IMG/VR virus record: IMGVR_UViG_3300038345_000118 | Location: 1-64,000 of that record | Reading direction: 5' to 3' (one strand) | Origin: a virus | Lineage: Duplodnaviria > Caudoviricetes | Length of the DNA stretch: 64,000 nt | Shown: one piece after another, positions 56,734-64,000 of the stretch | Numbering within the stretch: the first letter of the stretch is position 1 | Layout: each line of letters begins with the position of its first letter | The notes under the pieces: generated by a model | The model's database searches: none | What the model saw: only the letters and a program-made list of their open reading frames with translations | What the model was told of the DNA's origin: nothing | Program-made: the position numbers and the translations under genes

Positions 56734-57513
56734 ATGGCAACGATTAAAATCGGGAGTAGGGGAGAGGCTGTCAAACAGATTCAGCGGTCGCTGGGTCTGA
56801 ACCCTGTCGATGGTGTCTTTGGCGAGAAGACAGCTGCTGCCGTTCGGGTTTTCCAGCAGGCGGCAGGACTTGTTGCTGACGGCATCGTAGGCCCTGCCAC
56901 ATTAGCGAAGCTGAAGGAGTGTTCGCTTGACATCGTTTCCGGGTATATCTACAAGCACATCACCCGTTGCTCCAGCAGGCCCCTGAAGTATATTGCCATC
57001 CACTACACGGCTGGCGGTAACAGTCGGAGGGGTGCAGCCATGGCGAACCGCAATGCGTTTCTTAGTCGTAACGCCTCTGCCGACTTTGTGGTGGATGACG
57101 AGCAGATCGTGCAGGTCAATCCTGACATCAGGAACTACTACTGTTGGGCTGTCGGTGACAAGAAGAATACGAGTAGCGGTGGCGGCAGTCTCTACGGCAT
57201 TGCAACAAACAAGAATACGATCAGCATTGAAATCTGTTCTAATCTTCGCACTGGCACCACTGCTGCCATTCCCAACCACGAAGGATGGTCGTTTACGGAC
57301 AAAGCACTTGATCGCGCACTCAGGCTTGTTCGCTATCTGATGCGCGTGTATGGCATTCCCAAGAGCAACGTTATCCGGCACTATGATGTGAGCGGTAAGC
57401 TTTGCCCCGGCATTATCGGGTGGAATAGCGCCTATCTCTATACGACTGCCGGAAAAGCGACTTCCGTCAAGAACAGCAGCGAGAAATGGCTGGCGTTCAA
57501 GGGGAGGATTTAG
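56734..57513 (+). CDS. Endolysin: peptidoglycan-binding domain plus N-acetylmuramoyl-L-alanine amidase (amidase_2)
   Basis: GSRGEAVKQIQ...DGVFGEKT...DGIVGPAT; YIAIHYTA, SADFVVD, SIEIC, IRHYDVSGKLCPG. Confidence 0.92.
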   Translation: MATIKIGSRGEAVKQIQRSLGLNPVDGVFGEKTAAAVRVFQQAAGLVADGIVGPATLAKLKECSLDIVSGYIYKHITRCSSRPLKYIAIHYTAGGNSRRGAAMANRNAFLSRNASADFVVDDEQIVQVNPDIRNYYCWAVGDKKNTSSGGGSLYGIATNKNTISIEICSNLRTGTTAAIPNHEGWSFTDKALDRALRLVRYLMRVYGIPKSNVIRHYDVSGKLCPGIIGWNSAYLYTTAGKATSVKNSSEKWLAFKGRI

Positions 57514-57574
57514 AGTGAAGAAATGCTGCGACGAAATCGCAGCCTACAATTAAGCATTAAGCATTAAAAAGGCT

Positions 57575-58255
57575 ATGGCACAACCGAGTGTATTACCAGA
57601 TGGATTGATGAGTGGGTCGCTGATTCACTTTGAGAAAGGCGTTCCCATTGACGACCTCGACCTGAAGCCTGTTCATCGGGAGCGTCTGGCACGTGTAGCG
57701 CACGTCTATTGGATATGGGTCAAGAATCCCTTTCTTGATGCCTTTGGTATGTTCAAGCAACTGGCCAAGGGAAAATATTCTGACAAGTCGAGTGAGTGGC
57801 GGGCAGCCCAGCGCGATAAGCTGCTGTTCGATTTTGTGGTGGAAAATGTCTCTGCCCCGAGTCGAAAAGAGAGCGAGGCGAAGGTGCGCGTGACTGCCGA
57901 CCGTCTGATGCAGATGGGTGCTCAGACCGACAACGGTCGCGACATGGAAGCCGGTGCCAAGCTGCTGATGAAGCTCGACCGTCTGGACCAGCCCGAAGAT
58001 CAGAATGCCGACCTTAGCAAGGTGGCATTCCTGCCAAGCGTGGTTGTTACCGACATCCGCGAGGTGGATGACACGAAGGAGAACTACGATGATGCCGAGA
58101 CGAAGCGTATCATGGCGAAATACGGCGGCTATGTTGACGAGAAGCGCAAGCTGGTTGAAGACAAGGTAGCGGTGATGGAGGCACGTAATACCGGAAAACA
58201 AAGTTGCGATGAAATCGCAACATACGGAGAAGAAGAGACTGGCGAGGAAGGATGA
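57575..58255 (+). CDS. Probable terminase small subunit
   Basis: Helical 226-aa protein whose stop overlaps the large terminase start; positional inference. Confidence 0.5.
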   Translation: MAQPSVLPDGLMSGSLIHFEKGVPIDDLDLKPVHRERLARVAHVYWIWVKNPFLDAFGMFKQLAKGKYSDKSSEWRAAQRDKLLFDFVVENVSAPSRKESEAKVRVTADRLMQMGAQTDNGRDMEAGAKLLMKLDRLDQPEDQNADLSKVAFLPSVVVTDIREVDDTKENYDDAETKRIMAKYGGYVDEKRKLVEDKVAVMEARNTGKQSCDEIATYGEEETGEEG

Positions 58256-60165
58256 GCAGGATAGGAACAAACCCCAATGTGAGCAGCGACCAGCTGGAGG
58301 CGAAGATGCTGCCGAACATAGAGGATGTGAAGCCCGAAGAGGGTGGGGCAGTGGACCTCTTAGGCGACGGTGTGCATAAGATATATCTGCATCGTGGCCA
58401 GCTCGACATCTACAACTTTGGTTCCAGGAGTACGAAGGTGAGGGCAGCCCGCGGTTTTGGCAAGACCTCGTATATCGGTCTGCACATGGTGAAGTGCGTG
58501 CTCGGACTGAGACGTCAGATGGGCGGTTTCGTCGGAGCCAGTGCAAAGCAGCTCTACACCCGCACGATGCCTAACGCCCTGAAGGTGGTCAGTTCGCTGG
58601 GTTTCGAGAAATTCTTCTTTCTTGGTCAGGCACCTGCCAAGCTACGTTGGGAGATGCCGTTGGCCCGTCCGCGTCAATGGGAGAACTGCGTTCATTTCCA
58701 GAACGGTTTCGTTTGGCAGATGCTCTCCATGGCCGTGAAGGGAAGTGCCAACGGTTTGAACCTTGCCGCTCTTATCGGTGACGAGACCAAATATCTTCCG
58801 TGGTCGCGTGTCAAGGAGGAAGTGCTGCCAACGCTCCGTGGCGACTTTATGCCTGTGTCGGCACGAAAGACCGAGCAGAAACGTTGGGGATATGGCACTG
58901 ACCCGAAGGTGAATCCCTATTGGCTGAGTCAGCTTTGGGTTTCCGATGCCGGTCTGACCCAAAGAGAATGCGTATGGGAGAAGGAAGAGCAGTATGAGAC
59001 CAAGGACATCAACGCGCAGATTGCGGAGATGCTGGCCGAACTGAAATACCTTGAAAAGGCCAACCCACGGATGGCCTTGGAGCTGGCTCAAAACGAAATG
59101 TTCCTGAAGAAGCTCCACCTGTTGCGGTCACAGTCGGAAACCTTCTGGAATTTCTCTTCCATCGAGAATGCCGCCATGTTAGGCGGCGAGGCATGGATCC
59201 GTCAGATGAAGCGCGAGCTGCCCGACCTGATGTTCCGCATCCAGATACTCGGTCAGAAGAAAGGCGCGGCGAAGGACGGCTATTACGCCAACTGGGACAT
59301 AGACATTCACGGCTACACCTGCGACGACATCACCACCTACGACCTGATCGCCGACAAGTTCACGGTCAAGCAGAAAGGCAAGGCACTGGACGTGCAGAAC
59401 TGGCCGACGGCCTACGAGACGGAGACCATCGATCTCGACCAGGCACAGCGTGCCGGTGAGAGTTGCGTTCTTGACACCGACCTGGACTACAACCAGCCGT
59501 TGTGTATTGCCATCGACTGCAATGCCAACCTGAACTGCGCGGTGATAGGACAGACGCGGATGTTCGAGGGACGTGAAAGCCTGCTTGTCTTGAAGTCGAT
59601 GTTCGTGATGAACGAGCGCAAGCTGCGCAGTCTCTGTGCCGATGTGACCAATTACTATCGCACCTTCCTCCGTCGGAACGGAGAGATCCTGTTTTTCTAC
59701 ACCCCCACCATCAAGCAGGGAGGCAGTACCGCCTACGCTGTGGAGGGAGCCGAGGATTTCCGTTTTGACCGTGTGGTGGTTAACGAGCTGCAGTCGTTGG
59801 GTTGGAAGGTGACGGACATTGAGATACCCGTCATCCGCGACAAGTATCAAGTCATCAACGACATCCTTTCTGGCAGGACTGGCCCGTTCCTGCGCGTCAA
59901 CAGCGAGGCAGGCCGTAACGACTATCTGATTACCGCTATTGAGAATGCCGGACTGATACCCGGCACGTTCAAGAAGGACAAGAGCAAAGAGAAGTTGAAG
60001 AGCACCAGCGAGGAATCGTTGGGTGGCGATCCCCGTACCCGGACGGACATTACCGATGCACTTGACGATCTGGTACTGGGCGTAAAGTTCAGGAACGTGG
60101 CGAAGCAGAAGGTGGGCGGGCAGTTGCGCGGGCGGTTCAGGAACCTGGTGATGCCGAGAGGGTGA
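58252..60165 (+). CDS. Terminase large subunit
   Basis: Walker A AARGFGKT, Walker B LIGDE, nuclease-domain IAIDCN and C-terminal DITDALD. Confidence 0.82.
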   Translation: MSRIGTNPNVSSDQLEAKMLPNIEDVKPEEGGAVDLLGDGVHKIYLHRGQLDIYNFGSRSTKVRAARGFGKTSYIGLHMVKCVLGLRRQMGGFVGASAKQLYTRTMPNALKVVSSLGFEKFFFLGQAPAKLRWEMPLARPRQWENCVHFQNGFVWQMLSMAVKGSANGLNLAALIGDETKYLPWSRVKEEVLPTLRGDFMPVSARKTEQKRWGYGTDPKVNPYWLSQLWVSDAGLTQRECVWEKEEQYETKDINAQIAEMLAELKYLEKANPRMALELAQNEMFLKKLHLLRSQSETFWNFSSIENAAMLGGEAWIRQMKRELPDLMFRIQILGQKKGAAKDGYYANWDIDIHGYTCDDITTYDLIADKFTVKQKGKALDVQNWPTAYETETIDLDQAQRAGESCVLDTDLDYNQPLCIAIDCNANLNCAVIGQTRMFEGRESLLVLKSMFVMNERKLRSLCADVTNYYRTFLRRNGEILFFYTPTIKQGGSTAYAVEGAEDFRFDRVVVNELQSLGWKVTDIEIPVIRDKYQVINDILSGRTGPFLRVNSEAGRNDYLITAIENAGLIPGTFKKDKSKEKLKSTSEESLGGDPRTRTDITDALDDLVLGVKFRNVAKQKVGGQLRGRFRNLVMPRG

Positions 60166-60234
60166 TTTGGCTGCTGCTGAGCAGCAGCATACGGGAAAGA
60201 ATTTTTAAATTCATTCAATAAGATTCAAAACACT

Positions 60235-60738
60235 ATGGAAGAGCAGACAAAGAAAGTCGAATACCTGTTTGATGTGGGCGACATTGTGAAGATGAAAAAA
60301 GGAGAATCCTTTTTCATTGGAAACAAGGAATACCATGAGCACCTTAAAGTGGTATTTCGGTTCTTTGACGGAGAATTTCCATCTTATGTAATCGAAACAG
60401 AAGATGGAGTCGGAACGCCTTTAAGAGAATATGACCTTGACTTGGAAGAGAAATGCTGCGCACCTGTATGTGAGCAAGAAGAGCAGGCGCCTATCGACGG
60501 AAGAGACAAGAAACTCTATCTTGTCAGGAACGGGCTTGGGAATTTCCATGTCATTGCCCATTCTTTTGACGAAGCGGCTGATGTTCTTGAAGGACGGCTC
60601 AACCAAGCGACCTACGGTTTTACCAGTAAGAGACAAGTGAAGAGTATCGACATTGTTGCGACACAGCATTTCTTTAACGGCAAGCAATGGTTCTGTGGTG
60701 AAGAAGGGCATCTGATTATTGACGGTGACAAGCCATGA
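60235..60738 (+). CDS. Hypothetical two-domain protein
   Basis: FDVGDIVKMK is SH3-like; stop overlaps the methyltransferase start. Confidence 0.55.
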   Translation: MEEQTKKVEYLFDVGDIVKMKKGESFFIGNKEYHEHLKVVFRFFDGEFPSYVIETEDGVGTPLREYDLDLEEKCCAPVCEQEEQAPIDGRDKKLYLVRNGLGNFHVIAHSFDEAADVLEGRLNQATYGFTSKRQVKSIDIVATQHFFNGKQWFCGEEGHLIIDGDKP

Positions 60739-61454
60739 TTGAACTTGACACAATCTATAACGAAGACTGCCTGGAGGGGATGCGTCGCATCCCTGACGGG
60801 AGTGTGGACCTGATAGTCTGCGACCCGCCGTATGTAATCGGGAACCAGGGCGGCGGCTTCTGGAGCAAGAACCCGGAGGCATCGCATTATAACGCCCGTG
60901 GCACGCGCAAGGGTATGGAAAGGCTTAGTAACATCAAAGACGGTTTCGACACAGCCATTCTTGACGAGATGTGCCGCGTGATGAAGCGGGTGAACATTTA
61001 CGTGTGGTGCTCACAGAAGCAGATACGGCCCTACCTCGAATACTTCGTTGACGGGAAAGGCTGCAACTGGAACCTGCTCTGCTGGCACAAGACGAATCCG
61101 ATTCCTGCCTGCGGGAACAAATACCTGAATGATACGGAATACATTCTGTTCTTCCGCGAGAAGGGTGTGCGGGTAGAGGGACGTTACGACACCAAGCGCA
61201 CGTTTTACACGTCGCTGCGAAACCAGCAGGAGAACATCGAATACGGTCATCCTACTGTGAAGCCGTGTCAGATTATCCAAAACCTTATCGTGAACAGCAG
61301 CCCAGTGGGGGGGGTAATTTTAGACCCGTTCATAGGCAGTGGAACGACCGCTATTGCCGCTATGCGCGAAGGGCGGCATTACATCGGGTTTGAGATTAAC
61401 GAGCAGTATTACGAGACAGCAGTAAGGAGGATTGAAACGGAAAAAGCAAATTAA
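60735..61454 (+). CDS. N4-C/N6-A DNA methyltransferase (beta class)
   Basis: DLIVCDPPY, HPTVKP, ILDPFIGSGTT. Confidence 0.93.
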   Translation: MIELDTIYNEDCLEGMRRIPDGSVDLIVCDPPYVIGNQGGGFWSKNPEASHYNARGTRKGMERLSNIKDGFDTAILDEMCRVMKRVNIYVWCSQKQIRPYLEYFVDGKGCNWNLLCWHKTNPIPACGNKYLNDTEYILFFREKGVRVEGRYDTKRTFYTSLRNQQENIEYGHPTVKPCQIIQNLIVNSSPVGGVILDPFIGSGTTAIAAMREGRHYIGFEINEQYYETAVRRIETEKAN

Positions 61455-61552
61455 ATTTTGAAATTGCAAAACATTTTTGGAAGAAATTGCAATGCCCTTG
61501 ATTTCTGGATGTAAGATAGATATATTGGCGAGTAGAAACAAATGCGAAAGAT

Positions 61553-63439
61553 ATGAGAAAGAAAAATAAAACTCCACTCGTACACAAGGTTAGTAGTAGG
61601 CAGGAGTTTGAACGGCTGAACAAGGAGCTCAACGCCAGACGCTACATTGCCATCGATCTGCTGAAGAAAGGACGCACCAAAAGCTTCTCGTTAGGTGACA
61701 AAGACCCGTCGGATGGCGAAGCCAAGGACACGGCAACGTGCATGGGTAATGGCAGCTGGAGTACCGGCCCGCTGGTGCAGGTAGCCTGGCAATTTGACAG
61801 TCGCGACGAGAACGCCGTGACTGCTGTGTACGACAAGGACGGAAAGACGCCTCTCGGTCTTGGCTACATCAAATGGGGTCCCGGTAACAGCATTCCCTCC
61901 GTGATACCTCCTTTGGCGCAGTCGTCGCCATACACTGCCGCTCCGCTACGCTATATCGCAGACACTATCTGCGGTCTCGGACCGGCACTGATGTACCGTT
62001 TCCCCGACGGCACGCTGTGCGACATGAAGGACGCCGGCTACAAGATACTGCAACAGCTGGAGAAGAAACAGAAAGAGCAGGAGAAGGAAGGAGTTGTCAG
62101 CCTTGTTGACGATCTTGACACGACCGCAGACGCAACACGCCGACATTTCATCGGCGACTATGTGATGACAGACGGCGGCATTATGACGATCCAGGAAGCC
62201 AATACGCTTAGACTGGAGCCACGTGGCATATCTACCATGCCTCGCAATCTCGGTCCCGACTACTGGAACCGGCTCTATGCCGAATGGGAGCGCATCTGGC
62301 GTGGTTACGACGAGACCGACGAGCTGGAAATCAAGAGACACGTGATAGGAGCCAAGGACTTTATCGACCAGAACAACCTGAACCTGCACCTCTCGCAGTG
62401 TATGCAGGATCATGTATTCCTTGACATTTTCTATCCGACGGTTGGCTTTTCGGACAAAGGCTTACGCCGTTCATGGGCACCCCTTATCGACAAGGTTGAC
62501 ATGATACCCGCCCACAGCATCCGCCTGGAGAAACGCAATGAATACAACCACATCAACCATTGCTACGTGTCAGACCAATTCCGCACGCTTGGCATCGGCA
62601 CTGTGCGCACGGTCAGACCCGAAGAGACGCGGATCAAGATGTTTCCCGCCTGTATGCCGCAGCACCTTCTCAGCGACCTGCGCTACATCGTCAGCAGTAA
62701 CCAGAAGTCGCGCATCAACGCCCGTCCGATGTGGGTCGTGTGCCCTACCTTCTACCCGTCTCTCAACAAGCCCTACTATCCGCAACCCGCATGGTGGAGT
62801 ATCTTTACCAGTAAGGCTTTTGACTTCTCGGCCACCATTCTCTACGACAAGTATAAAGCACGTGAGAACAACACCACCTGGGGACGTATCCTTTACATCT
62901 CTCTTGACTACCTCGACCAGGTGTTTGCCGATGAAGGTTATCAGGGCAACAAGGAGAAGCAGCAGGAGTTTATCGGAGCGCTGGAAGACTCCATGGAACA
63001 GTTCTTGCAGCAGCGCGACAACCATGGCAAGACCATGCGCCAATGGATGTGGATCGGACAAGACGGAAAGGAACACCACAACGTAGAGATTGTGGATATC
63101 AAGGAAGCCTCCAACGATGCCGTCAAGGCCGGCAAGGAAGAGTTGGAACTTTCGACCTCGCCCATCTTCCTTGCTTTGCAGGTAGATCCCCGTCTTGTAG
63201 GTGTGCCGATGGTAGCGGCCTCGAACGGTGGTACGGCGCTGAGAGAAATGCAGTTGCTGAAGCAGCAGCAGCTTAACGTCCACCAGCGACTTTACCTCCA
63301 GTTCCTCAATGCGGTACTGAACTTCAACCAATGGGATGCCGACGGACGCGTAGCCTTCTACATCAAGCAGCAGACTTTCACCACGCTTGACAACAACAAG
63401 ACTGGGGTTATTGAGACGATTTCAGGGGAAGGGACGTAG
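61553..63439 (+). CDS. Probable portal protein
   Basis: 628 aa, just downstream of the terminase; YYPQPAW and IFLALQVDPRLVG...SNGGTALRE resemble Bacteroidales phage portals. Confidence 0.65.
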   Translation: MRKKNKTPLVHKVSSRQEFERLNKELNARRYIAIDLLKKGRTKSFSLGDKDPSDGEAKDTATCMGNGSWSTGPLVQVAWQFDSRDENAVTAVYDKDGKTPLGLGYIKWGPGNSIPSVIPPLAQSSPYTAAPLRYIADTICGLGPALMYRFPDGTLCDMKDAGYKILQQLEKKQKEQEKEGVVSLVDDLDTTADATRRHFIGDYVMTDGGIMTIQEANTLRLEPRGISTMPRNLGPDYWNRLYAEWERIWRGYDETDELEIKRHVIGAKDFIDQNNLNLHLSQCMQDHVFLDIFYPTVGFSDKGLRRSWAPLIDKVDMIPAHSIRLEKRNEYNHINHCYVSDQFRTLGIGTVRTVRPEETRIKMFPACMPQHLLSDLRYIVSSNQKSRINARPMWVVCPTFYPSLNKPYYPQPAWWSIFTSKAFDFSATILYDKYKARENNTTWGRILYISLDYLDQVFADEGYQGNKEKQQEFIGALEDSMEQFLQQRDNHGKTMRQWMWIGQDGKEHHNVEIVDIKEASNDAVKAGKEELELSTSPIFLALQVDPRLVGVPMVAASNGGTALREMQLLKQQQLNVHQRLYLQFLNAVLNFNQWDADGRVAFYIKQQTFTTLDNNKTGVIETISGEGT

Positions 63440-63525
63440 TAGAGCCGTTGGCGCAAAGTTTAGCATTGAGAGATATTAGCGAATAACAAAGTGTCGTTTA
63501 ATATAGTAATTGTGTGATTAACGCT

Positions 63526-63561
63526 GAGCACGGGTGGCTGTGAAGCCGTCCGTGTTTTTTT
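63526..63561 (+). terminator. Intrinsic terminator after the portal gene
   Basis: GCACGGGTGGCT/AGCCGTCCGTGT hairpin followed by a T run. Confidence 0.6.
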
Positions 63562-63643
63562 ATCAAAGCCTGTCTGCCCTTGACCAGCGGAGTTTCTGCA
63601 ATTAAATTGCAGGTATAAATGAGGGGACAAAAATATTAGGAAA

Positions 63644-64000
63644 ATGGACTGCTTTATGATACCACGCCGGAAGGCGATTCACGAGCCTAAACCGCTACGC
63701 ATAGATGGCACCACCACGTCGATGACTGCAGAACCGGACGATGCTGAACTGGCGGCGATGGCTTTGCTCGCTTCGCTTGCAGGTAGCAGATTGGCTGCAG
63801 CGGAACCGCAGCCTGCGGAGAAGGGGACGGCGGCGTATTTTCATGCGCTTTCGGAGCGGGTACGTGAAGGACGGGCAGCAGAGGTGAGGATGGCGAGTCG
63901 GTATGTGGCCTATTGTGAGCAGGAACTGACGAATCATTCACAATTAACCGAGCTGGAGCGCGGTCTATACCGGCATCTCGACATCATCGACCGGGAGGGG
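63644..64000 (+). CDS. Partial ORF running off the right edge
   Basis: Open frame from ATG 63644 (MDCFMIPRRKAIHEPK...) to the window end. Confidence 0.45.
   Translation, partial: MDCFMIPRRKAIHEPKPLRIDGTTTSMTAEPDDAELAAMALLASLAGSRLAAAEPQPAEKGTAAYFHALSERVREGRAAEVRMASRYVAYCEQELTNHSQLTELERGLYRHLDIIDREG

Noticed and set aside
1665-63331. Many long opposite-strand ORFs (e.g. 1665-2570, 12096-12908, 14506-15225, 32303-33145, 54600-55670, 57593-58546, 62570-63331)
   Set aside because: Shadow frames of well-supported genes, with no motifs of their own
1-64000. Diversity-generating retroelement, retron or group II intron
   Set aside because: No reverse transcriptase motif (YADD-type) in any ORF and no adenine-specific template/variable repeat pair seen; YADD in TnpB is incidental

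Overview
A 64-kb segment of a large temperate Bacteroidales (Prevotella-like) phage that carries a complete plasmid maintenance module, so it is most likely a P1-like phage-plasmid. The host assignment is inferred from repeated TAnnTTTG -7 promoter motifs and gene content. Left to right: (1) 1-13.3 kb, a minus-strand replication/modification operon (C5 methyltransferase, DEDD exonuclease, IF-1, primase-helicase fusion, XRE regulator, SF2 helicase with tandem repeats), divergent from a repressor-like gene. (2) 14.2-37.1 kb, a train of about 37 minus-strand genes including a DarB-like methylase-helicase, a MutS-domain-I protein and ArdC; ten of these proteins end in Ala-Ala. (3) 35.4-36.4 kb, a ~1-kb hairpin-rich non-coding stretch bracketed by two tRNA-like minihelices, with a C(1-3)A repeat tract further upstream at 37.4 kb. 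(4) 38.5-40.8 kb, a P1 C4/P4 CI-like antisense RNA module upstream of an unknown ORF and an intact tnpB. (5) A HigBA-type toxin-antitoxin pair and HU-like genes. (6) 47.5-52.1 kb, a Rep_3-like initiator with 22-bp-phased iterons, a DnaA-N/ATPase fusion, ParA, a small partner gene and three 8-bp centromere-like arrays. (7) 52-64 kb, a plus-strand block with PAPS reductase-family protein, SSB-like protein, endolysin, terminase, methyltransferase and portal. Several families of short palindromic and heptamer repeats are dispersed throughout, some in frame within genes. No integrase, relaxase, reverse transcriptase, CRISPR array or canonical tRNA was seen. All calls come from reading motifs by eye; no database searches were run.
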